Source: Sulfurimonadaceae bacterium (GTDB lineage: Bacteria; Campylobacterota; Campylobacteria; Campylobacterales; Sulfurimonadaceae). Taken from it: a stretch of DNA of 64,000 nucleotides. The notes beneath the pieces are model-generated. The model was given only the letters and a program-made list of their open reading frames with translations. It did no database searches and was not told the origin of the DNA. Both the position numbers and the translations under genes were made by a program. Positions 9,513 to 20,166 of this stretch are shown here, piece after piece. The stretch spans positions 6,050 through 70,049 of the forward strand of contig JBFFSC010000001.1 in assembly GCA_041572615.1 (NCBI GenBank), given 5' to 3'. Numbering within the stretch: position 1 is the stretch's first letter; the number at the start of each line of letters is the position of its first letter.

Positions 9513-11684
9513 TCATATCTTTTTTTCATTCAAAAGTCTATTGATGAAACCGGCCACTGATCTAAAGACCTTTTTGTTACCCTTGCCTGCGATCATTACA
9601 TGCCGCGAAAAATCAAACATCTCAAGAGATTTGTCACCCGAGTTGATCTGCTGTAAAATCTTTTCCGCACTTTCGGGCTTGACGACCGGGTCTTTATCTG
9701 CCTGAAGGATAAGTGTCGGCACGGTAACCGATGGCAAGATAGAACGGCACTCTTCCATCAACAACCGCAACTGTTCAAGTGATTTAATATAGTTTCTTTC
9801 ATAATTAAATGCCGGAAATTCGGCCTCTGTCTCGACATATTCCAAATCTGCATGAAAGATCGATAAGAAATCATTCATCTTATTTAGCGACGGGACAAGA
9901 TATTTAACACGAATATCCTGAAGTTCCAAGGCAGCGTTAATGACAACAAGTCCGTCTATCTTATTCGCTTTTCTAGCCGTTGCCAACATGGCTAAGAGAC
10001 CGCCCGTTGAAAAACCGATAAGATAAAGTTTTCTGCTGACCTGGCGCATTGCGGCAAAACCTCGGTTAAAGCTGTCATACCACTCTTCCCAACTTCTGTC
10101 CCGAAGATCCTCACTGACGGTCCCATGCCCTTCCAGCCTTACCGCGTAGATGTTTATGCCCTGTTTATGAAGATAGTGTGCCAACTCCTTCACCTCAGAT
10201 GGCGATGACTTGTAACCATGGGACAGGACAACACCCACACTGAACACAGGGTTATACAAGATAAAAGGACGGCCGGTCTCTTTGGGTTTGGAGAAGTGGA
10301 CCGAATAGAAACGGTTATAACACTTGTCATAGTTTTTATAGTCCTGGTCATAGATAACCTTGAATACCTCTTCTTTGATCCGCTGAGAGCTCTTGCACAG
10401 ATTATCTTTGATACCGCACAGATTGTCTTGGACACTTTTTGACACTTCAGGAAAGAGCGCCATCTCATTCAAGATCACGCGCAGTGTATTTTTGACACGA
10501 ATCGTATGAAAGGTATGTTCATCTGCAAAAACATCCCTGTTAATATTGTAGACCCCCTCTTCCACTTGTGAAATGACTTTTTGCTCCAATGCCAAAGAGA
10601 GACTGCTATCGTACCAGGGGTCACACTCGTCTGTAAGCAGTTTGAACAACTCTTCTGTAATACTGTGATGGAGATTGAACTTCTTAAGCAGGGAGACATC
10701 ATGTGCGGCGAGGAATATAGCACGTTTTAACTCATTCGAATCAATACGGTCTTCAGCATAATACTCCAAAGCCAGGGCAAAGATGTGATCAAAGTTGATC
10801 AGAACATTCTTATATACAGCTGCCATGAACTCTGTTGTCAGATCATGACGGCATGCACCGATAAGGTGTTCACCGTCTATACTTTCACACGCTTCCCTTC
10901 TTTTCTCCTTGACCTGATAAAGGTATTGCGAGATATCGATGGGTTTATCAAAATGGATGTGTATTTCCGAGTTCAGTAATATATTTCCTTCAATCTCGAG
11001 TTCTTCCTTGATACGATCATCGATTTTATCGACAAACTTTGTACCAACGCTCATAAATGGATTGACACCCGGGCGAATCGGGACATAGGTGATGTTGATA
11101 GGAATGACGACGGTATTTTTATAAGCAACACGCTCATTGGGACTGATAAAATACTTTTCACGCATCTTACGTACTTTTATGACATCACCGGCATGCTGCG
11201 CCTCTTTATACTCCTGCTTGAGCAGCTCAGCCTGCATTGCCAGTACCGCCGAACCCGTGTGCATATTGTCTTTACCATCCAAAAAGTCCAAGGTAAACCC
11301 GTTATCTTTAAGGATTTTTTTGTTTTTTACCATTGCCCCTTCCGGGTAGATGATCCAGTTCTTTCTACCTGTCATCAGATCACCCAATATGATTTCGTTT
11401 CTATGTTCATGCTGGGTGGAAAGTGTTCCAAGCTTGTTTAAAAAGCTTCCGAAGTATCCTACGAATATTGAATGATCTGCAAGGGAACGAACCCCCATTT
11501 GAGAATGCGATGAGATAATATAAGGCATTACAAAAGTCTCAAAACGGGTGAAATGATTGGCGACGAAAAGTGTAGGAGACTCCTGCAGCAGATGCTCTTC
11601 TCCATGCACATGAATATTCGTCTCCAGAATAGACTCAACAAGACTAATCAAATAGGTAGTGGAACTATAAAATATATTTTCCAT
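9513..11684 (-). CDS. fusion protein: PlsC/LPLAT-type acyltransferase domain + alpha/beta-hydrolase (lysophospholipase-like) domain
   Basis: The N-terminus has VANHFTRFE (H-x4-E in place of H-x4-D) and IYPEGAM (PEG block). The C-terminus has a GFSTGG nucleophile elbow, ADKDPVV and SRHVM. It lies 18 nt downstream of fadE. Confidence 0.65.
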   Translation of the reverse strand: MENIFYSSTTYLISLVESILETNIHVHGEEHLLQESPTLFVANHFTRFETFVMPYIISSHSQMGVRSLADHSIFVGYFGSFLNKLGTLSTQHEHRNEIILGDLMTGRKNWIIYPEGAMVKNKKILKDNGFTLDFLDGKDNMHTGSAVLAMQAELLKQEYKEAQHAGDVIKVRKMREKYFISPNERVAYKNTVVIPINITYVPIRPGVNPFMSVGTKFVDKIDDRIKEELEIEGNILLNSEIHIHFDKPIDISQYLYQVKEKRREACESIDGEHLIGACRHDLTTEFMAAVYKNVLINFDHIFALALEYYAEDRIDSNELKRAIFLAAHDVSLLKKFNLHHSITEELFKLLTDECDPWYDSSLSLALEQKVISQVEEGVYNINRDVFADEHTFHTIRVKNTLRVILNEMALFPEVSKSVQDNLCGIKDNLCKSSQRIKEEVFKVIYDQDYKNYDKCYNRFYSVHFSKPKETGRPFILYNPVFSVGVVLSHGYKSSPSEVKELAHYLHKQGINIYAVRLEGHGTVSEDLRDRSWEEWYDSFNRGFAAMRQVSRKLYLIGFSTGGLLAMLATARKANKIDGLVVINAALELQDIRVKYLVPSLNKMNDFLSIFHADLEYVETEAEFPAFNYERNYIKSLEQLRLLMEECRSILPSVTVPTLILQADKDPVVKPESAEKILQQINSGDKSLEMFDFSRHVMIAGKGNKKVFRSVAGFINRLLNEKKI

Positions 11685-11702
11685 CTATGACCTCATACCA
11701 CC

Positions 11703-14096
11703 CTACTTTCGTTTGGCATAATCTTTAAGACTGAACTCATCGACCATGATCGTCTCTTCTCTGACGCGCTTGGCCTCTTGGACAAGCGCATAATCTCCCT
11801 TGTCAATAAGCCCCTGTTCAAGTGCATCTTCATACAAGGAGCCGCCCTTGCTCAATTTCCCCGTCCTGACCTCTTTTTTGAGTCTGGCAGTAACAGCAGC
11901 AGCTTCTCTGGATAGCCTGAAGGCGTGTTCAAGTCTTCCCAGAGCCGATGCCTCATCCTCAGGTATATATATACCCTCTGTCAACTGTTCTCGTTCATCA
12001 CCTTCTGTAAGTACCTTATTAGCCAAACTCTTCGAATAGACATCATTAGGCGCTTTAGACAAAGCATTCAGGCGCATAAAACAGGCTACCGGATAGGCAA
12101 AGAAGAGACCGACAACAGACCGGTCGATATTATTGCTTATCTCTTCAAATGCCTTCTGTATCTCATGCAAAGCATAATCACCGATCCACTGTACATATAT
12201 CCTGTCTTCAGGCTTTTCACCTTCAGCCTGAAAACGCTTCAATGTTGCACTCAGAAGATACATCCACGACAGCACATCACCGAAACGTGCTGTAACCTTC
12301 TCTTTCTGTTTAAGACTTCCTCCATAATATCCCATGACAAAATCTGTCAAGAAGGCAAAAGTAGCCGAACTCCACACGAGTTTTCGCTCATATCTGGCGA
12401 TGATTGATGAACGTGAACAGAAATGAAGATAACCACGGCTCAGACTCAATAGGGTCATGCGCACCATATTTCTCAGTGTGAAACCGATATGTTTGAAAAA
12501 GTTCTCGTCAAACTCCCTCACATTGCCTTGTTCAAGTGCTTCTATCTCTTTATAGGCATAAGGATGGCAACGGATAACACCCTGCCCGAACTGGATTAGT
12601 GTACGTGTCATAATATTGGCACCTTCGACTGTTATCGCAACAGGCGCACCAAAATAGGCATGTCCCAAAAGGTTCTTCGGGCCAAGGGAGATCGCTGCCC
12701 CGCCCAATATATCCATAGCATTGTTAATGATCTCTCTGAACTTCTCAGTGGAATGGTATTTCATGACAGCATTGATAACGGCAGGTTTTTTACCTTCATC
12801 AATAGCCCCGATAGTGAACTTTCTGGAAGCATCCATCATATAGGTAAAGGCTGCTATTTTTGCCAATTCGATCTCTATACCTTCGAACTTTCCAATCGAT
12901 AGACCAAACTGCTCACGTACTTCAGCATAAGCTCCGGCAACACGCGCACCCAACTTCGCCCCGCCTGTACTTGTTGATGGCAAAGAAATTCCCCGGCCGA
13001 CAGCCAGGGACTCCATAAGCATCATCCAACCCTTGCCGATTCCCTTTTCGCCGCCGATAATATCATCAACACTGATCTCAACATCTTTACCGCTGATCGG
13101 AGAATTGATAAACGGGACATTTAACGGGTCATGACGTCGTCCCTGTACGACACCTTTGCTTTTTGCATCGACCAAGGCACAGCAGATACCAAGATCATCG
13201 CCCATACCCAAGATGTTTTCAGGGTCTCTAAGGACAAAAGCAAGGCCGATTACGGTAGCGATTGAGCCTAGTGTGATATAACGTTTTTCAAATTGAAGAC
13301 GGATCTTTACATCACCGGACTTATCCTTAAAGACTTCGCCGTAAGAGCGTATGGAAGTCGCATCCGATCCTGCAAGCGGTTCGGTCAGTGCAAAACAGGG
13401 AATATCCCTCCCGTCAGCCAAACGCGGAAGGTAATGCTCCTTCTGTTTACTCGTACCATAATGCATAAGAAGTTCAGCCGGTCCCAATGAATTAGGTACC
13501 ATTGTCGTAATCGCCAAGACTTGAGAACGCGAAGCCATCTTTTGTATAACGGCACTGTGCCCGAGCGCTGAAAAGCCCAATCCGCCAAAGGATTTTGGAA
13601 TGATCATTCCAAAAAACCTATTATCCTTAAGGTATTGCCACACCTCTTCTGAGAGGTCACGTTCTCTAAAGACAGCCCAGTCATCTGTCATCTCACACAC
13701 TGTATTGACTTCATTGTCTAAAAAAGCTTGTTCCTCTTCAGACAGGGAAGGATAGTTTTCTTTAAAGATACTGTCAAAATCAGGTTTTCCACTGAAGAAC
13801 TCTCCATCCACCCAGATCGTACCTGCGCGTAATGCTGTCTTTTCCGTCTCTGATATGCGAGGCATGAGATGTAATCTGTTTATCAAACCGACAAGGTGTC
13901 GACTGATCAGTTCCTGCCGGATACTCGGCACTAACAATATGACATTGATTGGTATATAGATTATCCAAAACAATACACCAGGTTCACATCCGAAAAAGAT
14001 CACTGCCGTCAAAACTGCAGCCCAATACACCGCTTTCGCACCCACATACCACAACGCCAGTAAGAGCAGTAATAAACCTATTGTAATATATTCCAT
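11703..14096 (-). CDS. fadE: large FadE-type acyl-CoA dehydrogenase
   Basis: About 797 aa from MEYITIG (AAGGAAGA RBS upstream). N-terminal TM helices followed by an acyl-CoA dehydrogenase core (TEPLAGSDA, GGEKGIGKGW). Size matches FadE rather than the short ACADs. Confidence 0.9.
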   Translation of the reverse strand: MEYITIGLLLLLLALWYVGAKAVYWAAVLTAVIFFGCEPGVLFWIIYIPINVILLVPSIRQELISRHLVGLINRLHLMPRISETEKTALRAGTIWVDGEFFSGKPDFDSIFKENYPSLSEEEQAFLDNEVNTVCEMTDDWAVFRERDLSEEVWQYLKDNRFFGMIIPKSFGGLGFSALGHSAVIQKMASRSQVLAITTMVPNSLGPAELLMHYGTSKQKEHYLPRLADGRDIPCFALTEPLAGSDATSIRSYGEVFKDKSGDVKIRLQFEKRYITLGSIATVIGLAFVLRDPENILGMGDDLGICCALVDAKSKGVVQGRRHDPLNVPFINSPISGKDVEISVDDIIGGEKGIGKGWMMLMESLAVGRGISLPSTSTGGAKLGARVAGAYAEVREQFGLSIGKFEGIEIELAKIAAFTYMMDASRKFTIGAIDEGKKPAVINAVMKYHSTEKFREIINNAMDILGGAAISLGPKNLLGHAYFGAPVAITVEGANIMTRTLIQFGQGVIRCHPYAYKEIEALEQGNVREFDENFFKHIGFTLRNMVRMTLLSLSRGYLHFCSRSSIIARYERKLVWSSATFAFLTDFVMGYYGGSLKQKEKVTARFGDVLSWMYLLSATLKRFQAEGEKPEDRIYVQWIGDYALHEIQKAFEEISNNIDRSVVGLFFAYPVACFMRLNALSKAPNDVYSKSLANKVLTEGDEREQLTEGIYIPEDEASALGRLEHAFRLSREAAAVTARLKKEVRTGKLSKGGSLYEDALEQGLIDKGDYALVQEAKRVREETIMVDEFSLKDYAKRK

Positions 14097-14106
14097 CTCA
14101 TCTTCC

Positions 14107-16212
14107 TTAGTAAAATGTCTTGTTGTTTTTTGCCATGTCTTGCAGCAGTTTAGCCGGTTCAAATCTGATACCGTAATTTTTTGCCAGAGACTCCAGTGTC
14201 ATCACAATATTCGAAATACCAATGGAGTCAGCATAGCGCAAGAGACCGCCTCTGAACGGAGGGAACCCGGTTCCCATCACCATAGCCATATCAAGATATT
14301 GCGCGTTTTCGACTATACCCTCTTGCAGACACATCGCAGCTTCATTAATCATAATCAATATGGCCCTGTCGATAATCTCCTGCTCATCAAAGGTACGTTT
14401 GGAAAAAACAAGACCGACAACCTCCGAATTGACTTGACGTTTCTTGCCTGAATGTATATAAAAGCCTTTACCTGACTTTTTACCAAGCAGCTGCATCTGC
14501 TGATAGACCCGATCAAGAATGGATGAGACCTTCATCCTTTCACCATAAGCATCTTCAAGTACTTTAGCAACCTTGTACCCGACATCAAGTCCAACTTCAT
14601 CAGCCAATACAAAAGGGCCCATAGGCATACCAAAATCAAGGATCAGGGCATCGATCTTCTCATAATCTGCACCCTCTTCAAACATCCGTACTGCTTCATT
14701 GATATAAGGTAACAGAATTCGGTTCACCAGAAAACCGGCGCAGTCACCGACGACAACAGGTGTCTTACCTGCTTCTTTTGCCAATGCTACAACCGTCGCT
14801 ATGCTCTTATCGGATGTCTTTTTCCCCGGTATGATCTCGACAAGGGGCATTCGCGGTACTGGATTGAAAAAATGCATCCCCACAAAACGTTCCGGGTTTT
14901 TCATCTTTTCACTAAGCATTGTAATGGAAAGAGATGACGTGTTGGATGCAATAATGGCCTTCTCATCCATGATCTCTTCGAGTTGTTCGTAGAGTTCCTG
15001 CTTCGCTTTTTTGTCTTCGATAATCGCCTCAAGTGCGAGATCACAGTTGTTAAACCCATCAAATTCGGTCGTATACGTGATATGTCCCATTTTCATGTTA
15101 ACTTCAGCCGGAGTCAGACGATGTCGCTTGATAATGCCGTCATAGACTTTTTGAATCGTCTTAAGCGCCTGTGCCGCCTGTTCATAACGGCGAAGCTTCA
15201 TACGTACAAGCTTGCCTATCTTGGAAAATTGAAACACAATACCTGAACCCATCACACCGGCACCGATGACATTGATCATTTTGATCGGTAAAGCTTTGAC
15301 TCTTCGTTTAACACCGCGTTCCTTCTTCAAAGCCTCCGAGGCATAAAAAAGACCAATCAGGTTTTTACTGATATCGGTAATGGCAAGTTTAGCGAAGGCT
15401 CTGGCCTCATACTCCAAACCTTCCTGCACCTCTTTACTGTTTGTTTTTTCCAGAAGGTCCAAGACAGCCAACGGCGCCGGGTATTTGTTCTTTGTTTTAG
15501 CGGCGACATTCTTTCGGGCATATGAGAAAACAAGCTGGGGCAAAAAACGGTCCATCCATGAACCTTTTTTACGCTTTTGCAAGATCTTTTCCGGATTACT
15601 GAGAATAAGTTCTATAAAACTCTTCTGCTTAAACTCAAGATACCCCTGGGGAACACAGGCATCGACTACACCCAGTTTCTCTGCTTTTTTACCATTAAGA
15701 ATCTTTCCACCGAGGATCAGCTCCAGAGCCTTTGAAAGTCCGGTGAGCCGTTTCAGGCGTTGTGTCCCGCCAAATCCCGGAAGGACTCCGAGGTTGACTT
15801 CAGGCAGACCTATCTTTGTAGCAGAGTTCTCTGTACAGAGACGGTAATCACAACACAGTGCCAGTTCAAGACCGCCACCGAGGCATGCTCCGTTAATCAC
15901 TGCCAGCGTAGGAAACGGAAGCGTTGATATCTGGCTCAAAATCTTTTGACCCTCACGAACTTTCTCATACGCTTCATCTTCGTCTCTAAGATCTTCAATC
16001 TCGGCGATATCTGCACCGGCTATGAAAATCCCTTCCTTGGCAGAAGTGATCTGCAGTAATCTGATATCCTCTGCTTTTTTAAGCTCGTTAAACTTGGCAT
16101 CCAGGGCTCTAAGAACCTCTGATGAAAGAATATTGACAGCAGAGTCCTCCAGGTCCAGGCAAAGTGTTGCAATCCCATTATTGTCTAAGGTAAATTCAAA
16201 CGCTTTCATCAT
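14107..16212 (-). CDS. bifunctional enoyl-CoA hydratase / 3-hydroxyacyl-CoA dehydrogenase (FadB/FadJ type)
   Basis: Crotonase N-terminus (FIAGADI, GGGLELAL), then a Rossmann motif VIGAGVMGSGI and a 3-HCDH C-terminal domain. 701 aa. Confidence 0.9.
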   Translation of the reverse strand: MMKAFEFTLDNNGIATLCLDLEDSAVNILSSEVLRALDAKFNELKKAEDIRLLQITSAKEGIFIAGADIAEIEDLRDEDEAYEKVREGQKILSQISTLPFPTLAVINGACLGGGLELALCCDYRLCTENSATKIGLPEVNLGVLPGFGGTQRLKRLTGLSKALELILGGKILNGKKAEKLGVVDACVPQGYLEFKQKSFIELILSNPEKILQKRKKGSWMDRFLPQLVFSYARKNVAAKTKNKYPAPLAVLDLLEKTNSKEVQEGLEYEARAFAKLAITDISKNLIGLFYASEALKKERGVKRRVKALPIKMINVIGAGVMGSGIVFQFSKIGKLVRMKLRRYEQAAQALKTIQKVYDGIIKRHRLTPAEVNMKMGHITYTTEFDGFNNCDLALEAIIEDKKAKQELYEQLEEIMDEKAIIASNTSSLSITMLSEKMKNPERFVGMHFFNPVPRMPLVEIIPGKKTSDKSIATVVALAKEAGKTPVVVGDCAGFLVNRILLPYINEAVRMFEEGADYEKIDALILDFGMPMGPFVLADEVGLDVGYKVAKVLEDAYGERMKVSSILDRVYQQMQLLGKKSGKGFYIHSGKKRQVNSEVVGLVFSKRTFDEQEIIDRAILIMINEAAMCLQEGIVENAQYLDMAMVMGTGFPPFRGGLLRYADSIGISNIVMTLESLAKNYGIRFEPAKLLQDMAKNNKTFY

Positions 16213-17498
16213 TCAGCCTCCAAAATCAATGATGCACCCTGCCCGCCGCCTATGCACAAGGTGGCAAGACCTCTATGCTTGCCTCTTCGGCGCAGCTCTT
16301 TCAATGTATGTATAACCAGCCGTGTTCCCGTCATGCCCACAGGATGACCTAATGCTACTGCGCCCCCATTGACATTAAGAGTTGTCATATCGATACTGCC
16401 TAAGGCCTGACTCCTTCCAAAGTGTTCTTTGGCATATTTCTTGGAATCAAAAGCGATGATATTGGCAAGGACCTGAACGGCAAACGCTTCGTTCATCTCG
16501 ATAAGATCGATATCCTTAAGGCTCATCTTATACTTGTCAAACAGCTTGGCTGTGGCATAAGATGGCCCCATTCCCATACGCTTAGGCTCCAGTCCGGCAT
16601 AGGCATAATGACTGAGGTATCCCAAAGGCTCCAAGCCCATCGCCTTCGCTTTGGACTCACTCATCAAAACAACGGCTGCCGCGGCATCGGATATCTGTGA
16701 TGAGTTACCCGCAGTCACCGTTCCGTTCTTCCTGTCAAAGAAAGGACGCAGTTTTCCCAAGGCCTCCATGTTCTGACCAAAACGGATCCCATCATCATCT
16801 TCCATAATCTTTCCTGATTTCGTATCATAGACAAGTGGGGCGATCTCTTCCCTAAAGCGTCCGGCCTTTGTTGCAGCTTCAGCTTTTTTATGACTCTCCA
16901 AAGCAAACATATCCTGTTCATCTCTGCTGATTCCAAAATCCTGTGCCAGGACCTCAGCGGTCGAACCCATCATCAAACCGCTGACTGGATCTGTAAGCCC
17001 TTGCATAAGCCCTACTATTGGCTTGATATAGCGGGGTCTGAAATGTGTAAGTGTATACAGTTTTTCGGTGATACTCTTTGCTTTGAAAAGGGCTTCAAAA
17101 AGCTCTTTCATCTTGTCACTGTACATCAAGGGCACATTACTCATCGACTCTACACCTCCACAGAGAAAGAGTTCACCTTCACCCGCCATAATCTTTGAGG
17201 CAGCCGATGTGATCGATTCCATACCCGAAGCACAGTTTCTATGTACCGTATAGGCAATAGTCGAATCAGGAAATCCCGCTTCCAAAGCGATCACACGTGC
17301 GACATTTGCTGCATGCCCGGGCTGTGAGACATTACCCATGATCACCTCGTCATACTTTTCAAACGGTATGCCGACTCTTAATGCTAACTCCTGGACGATA
17401 TGTGCTCCCAAACGCTCCGCCTGGATGTCTTTGAAGTTCCCCCCTGCCTTTGCGATAGGGGTTCGTATCCCGTCTATGATTGCTATACGTTCTTTCAT
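16209..17498 (-). CDS. acetyl-CoA C-acyltransferase (thiolase, FadA/FadI type)
   Basis: Active-site NCASGMES, NVNGGAVALGHPVGMTG and CIGGGQG. 4-nt overlaps with both neighbours. Confidence 0.9.
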   Translation of the reverse strand: MKERIAIIDGIRTPIAKAGGNFKDIQAERLGAHIVQELALRVGIPFEKYDEVIMGNVSQPGHAANVARVIALEAGFPDSTIAYTVHRNCASGMESITSAASKIMAGEGELFLCGGVESMSNVPLMYSDKMKELFEALFKAKSITEKLYTLTHFRPRYIKPIVGLMQGLTDPVSGLMMGSTAEVLAQDFGISRDEQDMFALESHKKAEAATKAGRFREEIAPLVYDTKSGKIMEDDDGIRFGQNMEALGKLRPFFDRKNGTVTAGNSSQISDAAAAVVLMSESKAKAMGLEPLGYLSHYAYAGLEPKRMGMGPSYATAKLFDKYKMSLKDIDLIEMNEAFAVQVLANIIAFDSKKYAKEHFGRSQALGSIDMTTLNVNGGAVALGHPVGMTGTRLVIHTLKELRRRGKHRGLATLCIGGGQGASLILEAE

Positions 17499-19231
17499 GA
17501 CTCGCTCCTGTAAAAACTTTCTATCTCATGTCTATATATCTCTTCGACCTTTTTGCGTGAGACCTTCATTGATGGTGTCAAGATACCGCTCTCTATACTT
17601 ACCTCTTCACCGACTATGTAGAACTTCTGTATCTGTTCCCAATGATCAAGCTTTGCATTTACCTTTTTGATGATGTTAAGTACAATCGCCTGTACACGCT
17701 TATGCTGTACCAGTTCTTCAAAACTAAGTTCAGCCAGGTTCTTTCGTTCGGCAAAATCGTGCAACAGTATTTCATCCATAAAGATAAGGGCTGAGACAAA
17801 AGGCCTGTTGTCTGCGATGATAATCGCATAATCGATCCATTTATTGGCCGTGATCTTTTGTTCAATTGCAATGGCAGAGACATATTTGCCTGTAGAAGTC
17901 TTGAAAAGTTCTTTCTTGCGACTTCGGATCGTAATATACCCTTCACTGTCAATCTCAGCGAGGTCGCCCGTATGCAGCCATCCTTCAGAATCAATCGTCT
18001 CTTCGGTCTTCAGAGGCTGATTATGATATCCGAGCATCATGCTCTCTCCTCTCATCAAAAGCTCAGCATCTTCTGCAAGCTTTACCTCAACATGCTCATA
18101 AACTTTTCCACATGTGCCTACCTTGTGTGCATCCGGCGTATTGACACAGATCACAGGTGAAGTCTCTGTAAGACCATAACCTTGATAAAGAGGTATTCCT
18201 ATATTATGAAAGAATCTGTACACAGGAAAGGAGAGCGGTGCACCACCACTGATGAGATATTTCAACTCACCCCCCAAGGCATCGACAAGTTTGCTATAGA
18301 CTAGCCTTGCAGATATCTTGTCAATCAAGCACTCTTTATTTTGATTGGGGTCCTTATGGTTAGCCCTGTAAAAAGCTGCCCAGGCCACCAGCCGTTTCAG
18401 ACCTTTGGCAGCATGGGCATTTTCATGCATCTTGATATAGATCTTATCTAAAAGGCGTGGCACCACAGTCATAACACTCGGTTTTATCTCCTTTAAGAGA
18501 TCTCCTACTTTTTTTACATCATCGGCAAAATAGATGGAGACGCCTGTACTGAGATAAAAACTCATCACCATGCGTTCAAAGATATGGGCCAAAGGAAGAA
18601 AGCTAAGCACTTTAAAATGTTTTTCCATCGTAAAACAACGCTGTGTATCTTTTATCTGAGTAATGATATTCTTATGCGAAAGCTCGACACCCTTGGGAAC
18701 GCCTGTCGAGCCGCTTGTATAAATGATAGTCGCCAGATCGTCCGGAGAAATATCCGGTTTGTCATAAGTGGTATCCTCACGTAGAAAAGAGTCCCACCTT
18801 TCAATATTTTTTCCATCAGCCTGGACATCTTTTAACAAAACAAGCTTCATACTCTCAAGATGCCCGGCAATCTGGTCATACTTCTCCTGCGAAGCAATAT
18901 AGGTATACTCGATCTGTGCATCTTCAAGTTCAAAACTGAGGTTTTCTGAGGAGATATTGGCAAAGATCGGGACAGAGACAGCACCCAGGCATTGCAAGGC
19001 ATAGTCAACGATCAGCCAAAAGGGAGATGAATCAGAGATGATCGCGACACTTGTCCCTTTAGAGACACCTCTCTTCTGGAAGGCACTTGCCAAGGCATGT
19101 ACCGAATGCACAAACTCTTTAGAGGATATACTTTTCCACTGCGAGCCTTCAAGGTAATTGAGATAGTTCTCATTGACCACCTCATTATCAATATATTCAA
19201 TAACTTCAGAGAGATTTTCACATTCAAACAT
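17495..19231 (-). CDS. long-chain fatty acid-CoA ligase (AMP-binding)
   Basis: AMP-binding motif IIYTSGSTGVPKGV, YGLTET, and GWLHTGDLAEIDSEGYITIRSRKK. Confidence 0.85.
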   Translation of the reverse strand: MFECENLSEVIEYIDNEVVNENYLNYLEGSQWKSISSKEFVHSVHALASAFQKRGVSKGTSVAIISDSSPFWLIVDYALQCLGAVSVPIFANISSENLSFELEDAQIEYTYIASQEKYDQIAGHLESMKLVLLKDVQADGKNIERWDSFLREDTTYDKPDISPDDLATIIYTSGSTGVPKGVELSHKNIITQIKDTQRCFTMEKHFKVLSFLPLAHIFERMVMSFYLSTGVSIYFADDVKKVGDLLKEIKPSVMTVVPRLLDKIYIKMHENAHAAKGLKRLVAWAAFYRANHKDPNQNKECLIDKISARLVYSKLVDALGGELKYLISGGAPLSFPVYRFFHNIGIPLYQGYGLTETSPVICVNTPDAHKVGTCGKVYEHVEVKLAEDAELLMRGESMMLGYHNQPLKTEETIDSEGWLHTGDLAEIDSEGYITIRSRKKELFKTSTGKYVSAIAIEQKITANKWIDYAIIIADNRPFVSALIFMDEILLHDFAERKNLAELSFEELVQHKRVQAIVLNIIKKVNAKLDHWEQIQKFYIVGEEVSIESGILTPSMKVSRKKVEEIYRHEIESFYRSES

Positions 19232-19401
19232 ATCTAAGCCTTCGCTAAATATCTTTATCGTACAACATATTCTATCTCATTTATACTACTATTGAAACAT
19301 TTTTTAACTTTTTTGAATATTCATATTTTTTTTGACGATTTTATTTAAGATTGTATTATGAAAATATCCTCACTCAGATGTTATAATTTCCAAAAGAGAT
19401 A

Positions 19402-20166
19402 TTGACTGACAAGGGAGTCTGTGTGATACAAAAACCGAATTTTTATGCCGTTATCATTGGAAGTGAAATTTTGGACCGCCGCAGGCAGGATAAGCACTTC
19501 GACTATATCAGCAAAGCATTACAGTCCAAAGGGTTTAACCTTTTCGCCTCCTTTCTTATCAAAGATGACAAAGCTCTGATTACAAAAACCTACGAACTGG
19601 TAAGAAGTGACCCTCATGCATTGATGTTCAGTTTTGGCGGCATCGGTTCCACACCCGATGATCTGACCCGTCAACTCAGTGCAAATGTCTTTTCCGATGG
19701 AAAGCTTTATCGTCATCCGACATTCGAACAGGACATCATCAACCGTCTGGCAGAGAGAGCATATCCCCATCCTATCAAGATGGCCGATCTTCCAAAGGAT
19801 GCCAAACTTCTTTTTAACCCTGTCAACAATATGTCCGGGTTTCAACTTGAAGAGCGTTATTTCTTCATGCCGGGGTTTCCAGAGATGGCCCATCCAATGA
19901 TTGATGATATCCTTTCAAAGCATATCCCTATACCTGTCGAACGATTCAATAAGACGCTTATCGCAGAATGCGGAGAGGGAAGAATCCAGCATCTGATGTT
20001 CAACCTTCCCGACTCTATAGACCTTTCATCCCTGCCGATGATGAACAATGGTAATCCCAGAGTCGAACTTTCTCTCAGTAGTGAACAGAAGGAAGCAGTT
20101 GATCAACACCTTAAGGTGTTCACAGACTTTTTGGAAAATGAAAATATCGGATATGAGTTTTTATGA
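19402..20166 (+). CDS. CinA-like / MoCF-biosynthesis (molybdopterin-binding) domain protein
   Basis: VIIGSEILDRRRQDKH ... GGIGSTPDDLTRQ, typical of the MoCF_BD fold. The start is uncertain (TTG 19402, or a GTG a few codons later). Confidence 0.65.
   Translation: MTDKGVCVIQKPNFYAVIIGSEILDRRRQDKHFDYISKALQSKGFNLFASFLIKDDKALITKTYELVRSDPHALMFSFGGIGSTPDDLTRQLSANVFSDGKLYRHPTFEQDIINRLAERAYPHPIKMADLPKDAKLLFNPVNNMSGFQLEERYFFMPGFPEMAHPMIDDILSKHIPIPVERFNKTLIAECGEGRIQHLMFNLPDSIDLSSLPMMNNGNPRVELSLSSEQKEAVDQHLKVFTDFLENENIGYEFL

Noticed and set aside
11925-12407. Numerous 60-160-aa ORFs antisense to or nested in large genes (for example 11925-12407, 15380-15847, 35936-36316, 53599-54045, 58473-58871)
   Set aside because: They lie entirely inside well-supported genes on the other strand or frame. 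They have no RBS and have low-complexity or odd composition. I treat them as spurious.
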